From the NCBI GenBank assembly GCA_963704305.1, contig OY969888.1, positions 1,264,830 to 1,328,829 on the forward strand: a stretch of 64,000 bases of DNA, in the 5' to 3' direction. The position numbers were made by a program, and so were the translations under genes. How positions within the stretch are numbered: the stretch's first letter is position 1; each line of letters starts with the position of its first letter. The notes below the pieces were generated by a model. The model worked only from the letters and a program-made list of their open reading frames with translations, did not search any database and was not told where the DNA came from. Source of the DNA: an uncultured Bacteroidota bacterium (lineage in GTDB: Bacteria; Bacteroidota; Ignavibacteria; Kryptoniales; JAKASW01). Positions 9,427 to 19,071 of this stretch are shown piece after piece.

Positions 9427-10257
9427 ATGACAGACTACGAACGAATAGCAAATGCGATCTTTTACATCAAAGAACATTTTCGAGAGCAGCCGGACCTGAA
9501 GCGAGTGGCGAGTGAGGTGCATCTGAGCGAATATCATTTTCAGCGACTGTTCAAGAAGTGGGCGGGCGTGAGTCCGAAGAAGTTTCTCGAGTACATCAGC
9601 ATAGAACATGCGAAGGACCTGTTGAGACAGGATGCATCGCTGGCGGAGGCGAGTTATCACGTCGGCCTGTCCGGCACGAGTCGTCTGCACGATCTGTTCG
9701 TCAACATCGAAAGGATGACGCCAGGCGAATACAAGAATAAAGGCGAGAACCTCTCCATCAAATATGGCTTCTATGAGACTCCATTCGGAAAGATCATCGT
9801 TGCCTCGACGCCGAAGGGAATCTGCCATATCGGCTTTGCGAATAACGAACAGCGTTCCTTGCGGATACTGCGCGACAGATACGCAAATGCGACAGTTGAA
9901 CACAAACGCGATCCAATTCACCTGAGCGTTCTTCGAATTTTTCTCGATGACTGGAGCAACATTTCCAGAATCAAGCTCCATCTTAAAGGAACACCTTTCC
10001 AGCTCAAAGTCTGGGAAGCGCTATTGAAAATTCCGTTCGGACAGATAAGTACATACGGCCAGATTGCCGAGGCGATCGGATACCCGACGGCTTCGAGGGC
10101 GGTCGGCACAGCGATCGGCAGTAACCCTGTCGCGTATCTCATACCATGTCACAGGGTAATCAAGTCGACGGGAGTGATCGGCAACTACCACTGGGGCGAT
10201 GTCCGGAAGATGGCCATTATCGGCTGGGAAGCAGCGAGAACTTACGGAGAGAATTGA
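9427..10257 (+). CDS. AraC-type HTH fused to methylated-DNA--protein-cysteine methyltransferase (Ada/Ogt-like, no N-terminal Zn domain)
   Basis: HLSEYHFQRLFKKWAGVSPKKF HTH; GTPFQLKVW...IPCHRVI active site; GGGAGG RBS before ATG at 9427. Confidence 0.9.
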   Translation: MTDYERIANAIFYIKEHFREQPDLKRVASEVHLSEYHFQRLFKKWAGVSPKKFLEYISIEHAKDLLRQDASLAEASYHVGLSGTSRLHDLFVNIERMTPGEYKNKGENLSIKYGFYETPFGKIIVASTPKGICHIGFANNEQRSLRILRDRYANATVEHKRDPIHLSVLRIFLDDWSNISRIKLHLKGTPFQLKVWEALLKIPFGQISTYGQIAEAIGYPTASRAVGTAIGSNPVAYLIPCHRVIKSTGVIGNYHWGDVRKMAIIGWEAARTYGEN

Positions 10258-10460
10258 TCGCCCACGCCTCGCGCGAGACTGTGGACCAGAAGCGCTTCGG
10301 TCTTTGGAACACGACCGATCTCTCCTGCTATTTTTCACCAGCGCATTCGTAATTATATTCCTTCATGATGGCGCAGCGGCATGAAGAACAAAATCGCAAG
10401 ATGGCGACACTTCGAATGCGGAAGTCGCCAAAATCGGATTGACCAGCTTCTTGAAACACA

Positions 10461-10709
10461 TTGACTGACATCATAGGATACGCGGCAGCAGTGTTGACGA
10501 CAACTGCTTTCATTCCGCAATTCGTCAAAGTGTGGAAGACCCGTTCGACCGAGGGGATTAGCCTGAGAATGTATCTCATGTTTAGCGGAGGAGTCCTGCT
10601 CTGGCTCATTTACGGAATCGAGCTCCGGTCACTTCCCATCATTCTTGCGAACGGTGTAACTCTCCTGCTCACTCTCGCGATACTCGTGATGAAAATCAGG
10701 CACAGGTAG
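10461..10709 (+). CDS. SemiSWEET (PQ-loop) sugar transporter
   Basis: 82 aa with three TM segments; TTAFIPQFVK...STEGIS...WLIYG...PIILAN. Confidence 0.9.
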   Translation: MTDIIGYAAAVLTTTAFIPQFVKVWKTRSTEGISLRMYLMFSGGVLLWLIYGIELRSLPIILANGVTLLLTLAILVMKIRHR

Positions 10710-10741
10710 GCTTCAGTCTGCGGTTTGTTGGGTGTGTTAGA

Positions 10742-11869
10742 TTAATACGGATTCTTAATGAAGAGGTAAAAGAAGCCGCTCACGAAGGCGTACTGCACAA
10801 GCCGCGACAGGTTGTAGTTCTCCCTTTTCAATGTCGACCACGCAAATGCGAGGACGAACATCGCTGCCGTCAATGCCGCGAATATCCCGAAGCATTCCAG
10901 ATAGTTCAGTGTTCTTCCGACCGACTCGACGAGCGATAGGTTCTTAGCGCTCGATCCGTAGATAAAGAGAACGTGTGCAGCATAAACGAGAAATGACTCA
11001 CGGCCGAAAATCTTTACCGACGACCATTGGAGCTTTCTTTTTCCCTCATACCAGATGATGCCTTTCAAAATCCAGAGGAGTATTCCGAGCCTGACCATAA
11101 ACCAGCCCGGAGCGTAATCGAACAGATTGATCTGCGGAATGAAGAGACGATGCAAATAAACCAGCACGAATCCCGCCACGACAAGGGCGGCCCCTGTCTG
11201 AGGAAGCCTCACGGCGAGCTTGCTCTCCTTGTCAAACGTAATCTTCTGCGAGGCGATCGTTCCCGCTATGAGGAAGCTCGACCATGGGAATAGCGGGAAG
11301 AGCGAGCCGTGAAGACGATTGAAATACTGGCCCATGAATTTCGGCATTGCCTGAGCGGGATCGAGCACCGCGACAATGGGAGCCGCAATGATGAAAAACC
11401 AGAACAATCCCCAGAGCACAACATTGAAAGCCGCATCGCTCTTAATGAGAACTCTAAGAATGTGGATGATGATGAGCGTGGTTGCAATGCATTGAAGTAT
11501 GTCCACAGCGAAGAACGCCGTCATGTCGTCGGGCGTAGAGCCGTGAACACTCTTGAGAAGAGAGAAGTAAGGAACATGCATGAGATATCCGGTCACCCAG
11601 ATGAAGATGAGACGTTTGAAATGTCTTCCAAGCTCGGGAGAAAACTTGCGGTATGCGTCGCCTTTCCGGTTTACTGCGAGCGTGAATGAAAATCCCGCCA
11701 CAAATAGAAATGACGGGGCGACAAAGCCGTTTACAAAGTCAAGCGCTTTGAAGGTAAAGTCCTGCCGGATGGAATTGATGAGAAGTGCATTGACGACATG
11801 CGTCTCAACCATGAATATAGTTGCAAGTCCCCTGAACTGGTCTATGTAGCCGATTCGCTCTTTAGCCAC
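10742..11869 (-). CDS. DUF1624 / HGSNAT-like multi-pass membrane acyltransferase
   Basis: RIGYIDQFRGLATIFMVETH...APSFLF...FPLFPW...FGRESFLVYAAH; about 10 hydrophobic segments. Confidence 0.8.
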   Translation of the reverse strand: MAKERIGYIDQFRGLATIFMVETHVVNALLINSIRQDFTFKALDFVNGFVAPSFLFVAGFSFTLAVNRKGDAYRKFSPELGRHFKRLIFIWVTGYLMHVPYFSLLKSVHGSTPDDMTAFFAVDILQCIATTLIIIHILRVLIKSDAAFNVVLWGLFWFFIIAAPIVAVLDPAQAMPKFMGQYFNRLHGSLFPLFPWSSFLIAGTIASQKITFDKESKLAVRLPQTGAALVVAGFVLVYLHRLFIPQINLFDYAPGWFMVRLGILLWILKGIIWYEGKRKLQWSSVKIFGRESFLVYAAHVLFIYGSSAKNLSLVESVGRTLNYLECFGIFAALTAAMFVLAFAWSTLKRENYNLSRLVQYAFVSGFFYLFIKNPY

Positions 11870-11928
11870 GCGTCAAAAGTTTTTTGTACCGCCCCACGAC
11901 AAGTTACGATAAGGGTTCGACACCGTCA

Positions 11929-13113
11929 TCAGCCGAAGAACGCTTCTCTCGAATATCTATCCTTTAATTCGTTCATGCTGTCGCCGCCGAACTTTTCCAA
12001 GACAGCGTTTGCCAGCACCGGCGCAACTACATTCTCCGCGACAACCGCAGCGGCGGGGACTGCACAAAAATCCGACCGCTCTCTCCGCGCCTCGACAGCT
12101 TTCATCTTCGAAAGGTCGATGCTCTTCAGCGGCTTCATCAATGTCGAGATCGGCTTCATGGCCGCGCGAATCACAAGAGGCTGCCCGTTGGTGACTCCGC
12201 CTTCGAGTCCGCCTGCCCGGTTCGTCGGCCTCACGATCTTCTTTGCCTTCAGCAAAATCTCGTCGTGGACTTCCGAGCCGAACTTCGTCGCGTTCCTGAA
12301 GCCTTCTCCAATTTCAACGCCCTTTATGGCATGAATCGACATCACTGCCTGTGCCAGCTGTCCGTCAAGTTTTCGATCGTATTCAACATAACTTCCGAGT
12401 CCGATCGGCAAGCCTGACACGTAAACTTCAACAACACCCCCGACCGTGTCTCCCGATTTTTTTGCACGTTTGATCTGCTGTACCATCTTAGCGGCGATGT
12501 CGCGGTCGAGACATCTGACTTCCGACTCATCGGCCTCAATCGAGATTTCCTCCGCACCGTGCTCAAGCTTCATCATCTTCATCAGGGCAGATTCGAGAGA
12601 TTCTCTATCCTTGTAGCCCGCACCACCGATCGAAAAGACGTGACTTCCGATTCTTATTCCCAGCTCACCGAGGAATCTCTTCGCAATGGAACACAGCGCA
12701 ACTCGCATCGCGGTCTCGCGTGCACTGGCGCGCTCGATGGCGTTTCGAATATCGTCATATGAGTACTTGTACTTACCAACCAGGTCGGCGTGGCCGGGAC
12801 GTGGGATCAGGACTTTTTCGATCGCCTCACTGACAGGTTCGACAGCCATCTTATCCTTCCAGTTCTCGAAGTCGCGGTTTTGAATGACGAGCGAAATTGG
12901 CGAGCCGATCGTCCTGCCGTGCCTGACGCCGGTAAGTATTTCGACGCGGTCCGTTTCAATTTTCATCCTTCCACCACGGCCATAGCCCTGCTGCCGTCGA
13001 TAGAGCTGATGATTGATATATTCCGTGTCCAACTCAAGGTTTGATGGCACACCTTCAATAATCCCGACGAGCGCCTTGCCGTGTGATTCGCCGGCGGTAA
13101 GAAGTCTCAACAT
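11929..13113 (-). CDS. aroC: Chorismate synthase
   Basis: MLRLLTAGESHG, RRQQGYGRGGRM, PRPGHAD, ERASARETA, NRAGGLEGG, MKPISTL, RSDFCAVPAA; start refined to ATG at 13113. Confidence 0.97.
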   Translation of the reverse strand: MLRLLTAGESHGKALVGIIEGVPSNLELDTEYINHQLYRRQQGYGRGGRMKIETDRVEILTGVRHGRTIGSPISLVIQNRDFENWKDKMAVEPVSEAIEKVLIPRPGHADLVGKYKYSYDDIRNAIERASARETAMRVALCSIAKRFLGELGIRIGSHVFSIGGAGYKDRESLESALMKMMKLEHGAEEISIEADESEVRCLDRDIAAKMVQQIKRAKKSGDTVGGVVEVYVSGLPIGLGSYVEYDRKLDGQLAQAVMSIHAIKGVEIGEGFRNATKFGSEVHDEILLKAKKIVRPTNRAGGLEGGVTNGQPLVIRAAMKPISTLMKPLKSIDLSKMKAVEARRERSDFCAVPAAAVVAENVVAPVLANAVLEKFGGDSMNELKDRYSREAFFG

Positions 13114-13185
13114 AGTGGATTCAATATAAGAAATGGGGAAGTCAAAATTCAAAATTCTGCCGATCAAAAGATCACGTCGTGTGAT

Positions 13186-13267
13186 GATCGGAATCCCGAA
13201 CTTCTCCCGCTCCGCATACGTCGTGTATGTGCAGGATTCCGAACGTCTTGTTCGGAACTGTTCGGGA
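13186..13267. repeat. REP-like palindromic element related to the one at 6713-6741
   Basis: GATCGGAATCCCGAAC (13186) matches GATCGGGATCCCGAAC (6713) at 15/16 positions; TTCCGAAC-N5-GTTCGGAA at 13237-13257; outer GTTCGGGA at 13260. Confidence 0.65.
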
Positions 13268-13293
13268 AAATGTCAAAAACAGAACCCAGACAC

Positions 13294-14124
13294 TCAAAAA
13301 GTTCGAGAAATCTCTCTGTCCGCGCGTTGAATGTCCAGAAGCACCAGTGTCACGACAACGCTTGCAGCATAATAGATAATCGTTCCTATGACGAAGCCGA
13401 ACTTCGGAAATGAATACATCGCCGCAACCGAGTAGACGCAAATTGAAAGAGACCCGATTGGGATTTTGCGAGCAGCGGCAAACAAGCTCTCTGGTCCATA
13501 ATACCAGTGAAGGACCATGATAGTAGATGAGAACGCCGCGGGGAACATCGCAAGAATTTCTCCCCAAAAAATATCGAGCCTCTTACCGAGAAAGACGACG
13601 GTAACCACGACAAATCCTACGAATGCCGCGCGTCCTATCTTTTGCGCTGCCGTATAAGAGAGTGCCGTAGATTTAGAATACTTTCTACCGCTCAACAGAA
13701 CATGTGCAAGAACGGCCAGGACGGCATAACCTGCAATGCCAATTGACAGATTAGACAACTTGAAAATCGCCGCAGGTAATGCAAATGCAAACCAGAACAG
13801 CGTGCTCAGCGAAAAGGTAAGAATTATGCGGAAAGCTTTATTCGCAGTCGATCCGGAAGTTGCATGTGCAACATAAGTATAGATTACGGGAAACAGTACA
13901 GTAAGTCCAAGCGGAATAAACGTCGCCGGTACAGCATGCGCGACAGCTTCCGGAGACACCGCCCACCCTAAGAAGAAAAAGCTGAGTGCGCCCGTCGACG
14001 GAAACGCCAGCACAATCCCTGCATCGCGTGCACTGGAATGTTCGGCAATAAATGTGAGCAATGTGATGCCCGTGCCACCGACGACAAACGATGCTGCAAG
14101 CTGAATGAAAAAAAGTTTGTTCAA
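13294..14124 (-). CDS. Multi-pass membrane protein (DUF3147-like, two internal halves)
   Basis: Hydrophobic 276 aa; GIVLAFPS in the first half and GEILAMFPA in the second half look like a repeated unit. Confidence 0.55.
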   Translation of the reverse strand: MNKLFFIQLAASFVVGGTGITLLTFIAEHSSARDAGIVLAFPSTGALSFFFLGWAVSPEAVAHAVPATFIPLGLTVLFPVIYTYVAHATSGSTANKAFRIILTFSLSTLFWFAFALPAAIFKLSNLSIGIAGYAVLAVLAHVLLSGRKYSKSTALSYTAAQKIGRAAFVGFVVVTVVFLGKRLDIFWGEILAMFPAAFSSTIMVLHWYYGPESLFAAARKIPIGSLSICVYSVAAMYSFPKFGFVIGTIIYYAASVVVTLVLLDIQRADREISRTF

Positions 14125-14213
14125 GGAAGGAAACGAAAAGCTCTATCCGCCCGGTTCAACCACAATCAACTTAGGCAAAGTATGTCGGCGCCCCGTTCTG
14201 AGCGGAGCCATCT

Positions 14214-14627
14214 TCATTCACTCTTCTGTCCAAGGCTCCACCAATTACCGGAATCATCTTTGAACAGCGCTTCGATACCGTAGAACTCTTTCGTGGGTGC
14301 CTTGTTGAATTCGACTCCCTTCGCTTTGAGTTCTTCATACGTGGCATAAATGTCATTGCATTGAAACACACCAAATCCAAACGTTCCGTTCTTGACCAGA
14401 TTCCGCATCTGCTCCGCTGCCTCTTTCTTGAACATCATACCCTCGGCTATTGCCATCAATGAGATTTCAATATTCTTCTGCTCTTTCGGGCCAACCGTCA
14501 ACCAGCGCGCTCCCGGTCCCATCGGGGCATCGGTTCTGACTTCAAAGCCCAACTTGTTGACATAAAAATCGTACGCGCTGTTCTGATCGAGAACGAAAAC
14601 GCAAGCATGCGACAACTTCGTGATCAT
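14214..14627 (-). CDS. VOC / glyoxalase family protein
   Basis: HACVFVLDQNSAYDFYVNKLGFEV...RWLTV...ELKAKGVEF...YGIEALFKDDSGNW. Confidence 0.9.
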   Translation of the reverse strand: MITKLSHACVFVLDQNSAYDFYVNKLGFEVRTDAPMGPGARWLTVGPKEQKNIEISLMAIAEGMMFKKEAAEQMRNLVKNGTFGFGVFQCNDIYATYEELKAKGVEFNKAPTKEFYGIEALFKDDSGNWWSLGQKSE

Positions 14628-14674
14628 GGTACTCCTCCCTTGTAGTGATGTTCAAATTATTAAGACAAACAAAT

Positions 14675-15139
14675 TTACACACTACTATCGAGTGGCGCTT
14701 CTCCAAAATTGCTTTTTTCAATCCACCCGTTCGCTTCGGCAAGACAATTTGGTACGAACCTCAGAGGGAGCTGAGTTATCTCCGATTTCTTTTTCAGCTG
14801 TTCTTGCCGGTATAGGGTCGGCGTCAAGCCAACCATCCGTCGGAAGAGAACGACGAATGAGGTCACGCTGTCGAACCCTACGGAGAAGCAGATATCTGTG
14901 ATGGAAAGGCTGGATTGCAAAAGCTCCTTTGCCTTTTCGATCCTGACAAATGTCAGATACTGGTGGGGAGTTTTCCCGTATGCTTTTTTGAAAAGCCGGA
15001 TGAAGTGGAATTTTGAAAAGAAGGCTTCATCCGCAATGTTGTCGACGTCGATTTTGTCGGGGTACCTCTCATCAATGAAGAGCTTGGCGCGAACTATTCG
15101 CCTGTAAAGGTAGACCTTGGGATAATCGTCGTTGGGCAT
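14675..15139 (-). CDS. AraC-family transcriptional regulator (HTH only)
   Basis: AKLFIDERY...FSKFHFIRLFKKAYGKTPHQYL...SITDICFSVGFDS; upstream of the VOC gene, a common pairing. Confidence 0.9.
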   Translation of the reverse strand: MPNDDYPKVYLYRRIVRAKLFIDERYPDKIDVDNIADEAFFSKFHFIRLFKKAYGKTPHQYLTFVRIEKAKELLQSSLSITDICFSVGFDSVTSFVVLFRRMVGLTPTLYRQEQLKKKSEITQLPLRFVPNCLAEANGWIEKSNFGEAPLDSSV

Positions 15140-15306
15140 GGCGTATCGTTAGCAAACTTAACAACTTCCCACCGAAACAAAAAACATTGTCCCATCCTCG
15201 CACGAGCGGAGAAGGAAGCTCGGTTTCACCTGGGCAGGTGTGACATGTTGGTTCTTAAGCATGTCTCCAATAAATTTTCAGGCGTCATTCAGAAAAGGGA
15301 GCCAAT

Positions 15307-15846
15307 TTGATTTATCATAATTTAGCGGAGATATATTCCTCGGAAGAACTTATCCTTAACAGACTCCAACTACGTGTTAATGATTTGCCTCCGGAACAGT
15401 TGAACCATCGTTCAGATAATGGTGCGTGGTCGATTGCCGAAATTGTGGAGCACATATCGATCGTCGACACTCAACTTCTGAAATTAATTACGAAGCTCCT
15501 TCAAAATGCAGAGGCTCATGCGGGAGACATTGACCCAATTCGTAGTTTCCCGATCGATGTGGAATCATTGGTTGAGCGAAGCCGAAAAGAGAAATATGTG
15601 GCGCGCGACAACGCTCAGCCGACGGGAGAAATTTCAATATCAGACGCATTGCAAATAATAGAACGTATCCATACCGAGCTTGTGAATCTCCGGGCGCGAC
15701 TGGAAAAGGTCGATCTTTCGAGTGTGGGCTTCCCGCATTGGGTTTTTGGCCATTTGACGTTGGGCCAATGGCTCGTGTTCGTCGGTGTTCACGAAGAACG
15801 ACATCTTTCACAAATTGAATCAATACTTTCGTTGCATGATCGATGA
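15307..15846 (+). CDS. DinB family protein
   Basis: WSIAEIVEHI...PHWVFGHLTLGQWL...HEERHLSQI. Confidence 0.85.
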   Translation: MIYHNLAEIYSSEELILNRLQLRVNDLPPEQLNHRSDNGAWSIAEIVEHISIVDTQLLKLITKLLQNAEAHAGDIDPIRSFPIDVESLVERSRKEKYVARDNAQPTGEISISDALQIIERIHTELVNLRARLEKVDLSSVGFPHWVFGHLTLGQWLVFVGVHEERHLSQIESILSLHDR

Positions 15847-15919
15847 TCACTTCAATCGCCTCGGCAGGTGATTTCATATATTTGAACCTACAAGACCATT
15901 TCTCTATATTTTTTGAACC

Positions 15920-17440
15920 ATGCCAAACCTTGCAGCGATAGACGTCGGTTCGAATGCAATCAGACTCGCCATCTCATCTGTCGATGGCGACAGGAAACTT
16001 ACAAGTCTGGAAAATTTGCGCGAGCCTGTACGTCTCGGTCAAGATGTCTTCTCGAAGGGAACGATCTCGGATGAAACTCTTCAGCAATCGATCGAAGCCT
16101 TCGGACGATTCAAGGAGGCGATCGATAGAAACGGTGTGAAGTGGTCGAGAGCAGTTGCAACAAGTGCGCTTCGCGAGGCCATGAACCGGGATATGTTCAT
16201 AGATCGGATTACACAGCGATGTGCAATTGAGATCGCCGTGATCGAGCCGGAAGAAGAGGCCAGACTGATATACCTGGCCGTTGCCTCAAAGATCAATTTG
16301 AAAGGCAAGACTGCGATGCTTATCGACATCGGCGGCGGGAGCACCGAAGTGACCTTAGCGGCCGATGACAGCATCGTATGGAGTGAGAGCTACAGGATGG
16401 GTGCAGTGCGGCTTCTCCAGCTTCTGGAAGGAAGAAAGCATGGTGAGCGTGAGTTCAACCAGCTTGTGCGAGAATACGTCGAGTCGACCCAGCAGCGGTT
16501 GAGGCGGGAGATAGCCGGGAAAAAAATGAACGTCTGTGTTGGAACCGGAGGAAACATCGAGACGCTCGGCAACCTCAGAGAAGAGCTCCTCGGAAAAGAC
16601 CGCGATACGGTCATCGCGGTAGACGAGCTCGATGCAATCGTAAAGAAGCTGCAATCGCTTTCGTTTGAGGAGAGGGTCCAGCAACTCCGCATGCGGCCGG
16701 ACAGAGCCGATGTCATAATGCCGGCATCGATCATTCTCCAGCAAATTGCCAGAGTGGCCGGAGTCGATGAAATATTGATCCCGAAGGTGGGTCTAAAGGA
16801 AGGGATCCTTCTCGACATGGTGCTCGATCTCTACGAGGAGACCAAGCATGCACATCGCGACCAGGTGATGGCATCCGCACTCCAGATCGGCAGGAAGTAT
16901 TTTTTCGATGAGCAGCATGGAACAAGTGTCGCCCGGTACGCGGTCGAGATGTTTGACCAGACCAAGAACATTCACAATCTGAATCTCGAGCATCGCCTGC
17001 TGCTTGAAGTTGCCGCACTTCTCCACGACATCGGCGGCTTCATCAGTATGAACAATCATCACAAACATACACAGTATCTGTTGACGGCGACTCCGGTAAT
17101 CGGGCTGAGCCAATCCCAGCTTGGGATCGTGGCAAACGTCGCGAGGTATCACCGCAAGTCGCTCCCGAAACTGCAGCACGATGCATATCGCATGCTTCCT
17201 TCGAAAGACAGGGTTCTCGTTTCGAAACTCGCCGCCATCCTCCGCCTTGCCGACGCTCTCGATAATGAACATGCCGCAAAGGTCAAATCATTTTCGGTCG
17301 AGTACAATCCGTCGAAGTCGCGGAAGCTTGCGATCGCTCTGAAGGGTGAGGGAGACTTACTCCTCGAGAAATGGGCGCTCATGAAGAAAGCAGACATGTT
17401 CGAAGAGGTGTTCGGTGTCAAAGTCGCTGTCGAAGACTGA
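15920..17440 (+). CDS. ppx: Exopolyphosphatase Ppx/GppA with C-terminal HD domain
   Basis: AAIDVGSNAIRL, ATSALREA, EEEARL, DIGGGSTE, RADVI, GLKEG, ALLHDIG, ARYHRKS, LRLADALD. Confidence 0.93.
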   Translation: MPNLAAIDVGSNAIRLAISSVDGDRKLTSLENLREPVRLGQDVFSKGTISDETLQQSIEAFGRFKEAIDRNGVKWSRAVATSALREAMNRDMFIDRITQRCAIEIAVIEPEEEARLIYLAVASKINLKGKTAMLIDIGGGSTEVTLAADDSIVWSESYRMGAVRLLQLLEGRKHGEREFNQLVREYVESTQQRLRREIAGKKMNVCVGTGGNIETLGNLREELLGKDRDTVIAVDELDAIVKKLQSLSFEERVQQLRMRPDRADVIMPASIILQQIARVAGVDEILIPKVGLKEGILLDMVLDLYEETKHAHRDQVMASALQIGRKYFFDEQHGTSVARYAVEMFDQTKNIHNLNLEHRLLLEVAALLHDIGGFISMNNHHKHTQYLLTATPVIGLSQSQLGIVANVARYHRKSLPKLQHDAYRMLPSKDRVLVSKLAAILRLADALDNEHAAKVKSFSVEYNPSKSRKLAIALKGEGDLLLEKWALMKKADMFEEVFGVKVAVED

Positions 17441-18410
17441 GCGTCCACCCGCGACTCGGTCCGAACGTAAATCGATCCAGCAGACTCTCACAATTACTGC
17501 AACGCCAAACGTACCGGAAGTTCTACTCCAATCGTTGAGAGACCGCTGGCAGATCTTCTCTGACCAGCTCGCACGCAGCAGCCAGCGGCCATCTGAGAAA
17601 GCAATCCACGACCTTCGAGTCGCAACCCGCAGGCTCATCGCAATCCTCGATATTCTCAAAACCATCCCCGCATGGGACAGCTCGTCACTTCGCAAAGTGC
17701 ACAGGCAATTAAGACAAATTATCAAAGGACTCAGCTCAATGAGGGACATCCAGGTTCAAATCATCGCCGTACGCGGACTTGTCCCGGATTTCCCCGTGCT
17801 GAATCTTTTTCTCACGATTCTCCTGTTTCGTGAGAAATCTGCCAAAGAGAAGTTCAAGTCGAGCGGTGCAGCAATCACCAGAGCGCTCACAAAGGGCGGT
17901 CGGCTTGAATCAATTGAGCGAGAGATCACCGAGCAGGAAAACAAGCTGCAGTCGCTCGCGAGCATTTCAGCGCTGAGGCACGCTTCACGGAACGTAGCAC
18001 TTGGCACACTCGCGGAATTGTTTATGCGAGTTGCATCTTTGAAGCCGGCAGCGATGACCGGTAAGAGCGCACGCATACATCGTCTCCGGATCGCGTTCAA
18101 GAAATTCAGGTACACAGTGGAAGCTCTGCAACCGATCCTGCCGGAAGTGACAAAGGAGACGCTGAAAGAGATGAATGCGTATCAGCTCCGAATGGGCGAC
18201 GTCCACGATGTCGATGTGTTAATCGGCGAGGTGGAAACTTATGTGAGGCATCATCGTCAAGCCGACCCAACACAATTTAAGAGACTCGAAGAGCGACTGA
18301 TGAATCGACGGAAAGAACTCATCGAGCAATTCCTTAGTTCAGCAGATCAATTGGAAACCTTCTGGCACAGTGTCAGCTATGATGCACGTGGCTCGGGAAA
18401 GGAGACGTGA
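17415..18410 (+). CDS. CHAD domain protein (polyphosphate-binding)
   Basis: IHDLRVATRRL, MRDIQV, IHRLRIAFKKFRYTVE, QLRMGDVHDVDV. Confidence 0.88.
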   Translation: MSKSLSKTERPPATRSERKSIQQTLTITATPNVPEVLLQSLRDRWQIFSDQLARSSQRPSEKAIHDLRVATRRLIAILDILKTIPAWDSSSLRKVHRQLRQIIKGLSSMRDIQVQIIAVRGLVPDFPVLNLFLTILLFREKSAKEKFKSSGAAITRALTKGGRLESIEREITEQENKLQSLASISALRHASRNVALGTLAELFMRVASLKPAAMTGKSARIHRLRIAFKKFRYTVEALQPILPEVTKETLKEMNAYQLRMGDVHDVDVLIGEVETYVRHHRQADPTQFKRLEERLMNRRKELIEQFLSSADQLETFWHSVSYDARGSGKET

Positions 18411-18919
18411 AAGTGGACCTGTACATACTTCGTCATGCCATCGCCGATCAGAAGAATCCGTTCAACATGGAAAATGATTCCGACCGACCGCTCACTGAGG
18501 AAGGTGCGGAGAAAATGCGTCTCATCGCCAGGGCGTTGAAGAGCCGCGAGCTCTCTTTTGACATTATTCTTTCGAGTCCCTTCCGTCGGGCGAAGGAGAC
18601 GGCAGAGATTGTCGCGGAGGTTTTCAAATGCAAAGATGTGGTGAAGTTCTCTTCTCACCTTGAAGTTGGAGGAAATCCCTTAGCTCTCGTGAATGAGATT
18701 AACAAACACTACGCTGACCTCGGCAGCATACTTCTCGTTGGACATGAACCTTACCTCAGCAGATTCATTTCGGTGCTACTATCGGGTGACGGAAACGTAT
18801 CGGTCGCGATGAAAAAAGGGGGCATCTGCAAACTTGTCGTGAGTGGAGGATTTCGATACGGTCGATGTGCAACTCTGGAATGGCTCCTGCCGCCGGCCAT
18901 AATACTTCTGGGAAAATGA
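18407..18919 (+). CDS. sixA: Phosphohistidine phosphatase SixA
   Basis: LYILRHAIA (RHA/RHG), DRPLT, SSPFRRAKETA, LVGHEP; GTGA overlap with the CHAD gene. Confidence 0.9.
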   Translation: MKVDLYILRHAIADQKNPFNMENDSDRPLTEEGAEKMRLIARALKSRELSFDIILSSPFRRAKETAEIVAEVFKCKDVVKFSSHLEVGGNPLALVNEINKHYADLGSILLVGHEPYLSRFISVLLSGDGNVSVAMKKGGICKLVVSGGFRYGRCATLEWLLPPAIILLGK

Positions 18920-19071
18920 ACCAATAAGAGTCTCCAGCGGCTCCTCTCAAATCTCCACCCACCAGGATGGAATTGCCATGCTCCGCCGTGCACCTCGTTT
19001 TAACAAATCCTTAACTTGTCTCATGAAATCAAACGGGCTATCTTTACTTAAGCAGTCTCAGAACGCATTAT

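Noticed and set aside
9427-10257. Ada-like protein lacking the Zn-binding N-domain
   Set aside because: The AraC-Ogt fusion without the metal-binding domain is a widespread architecture.
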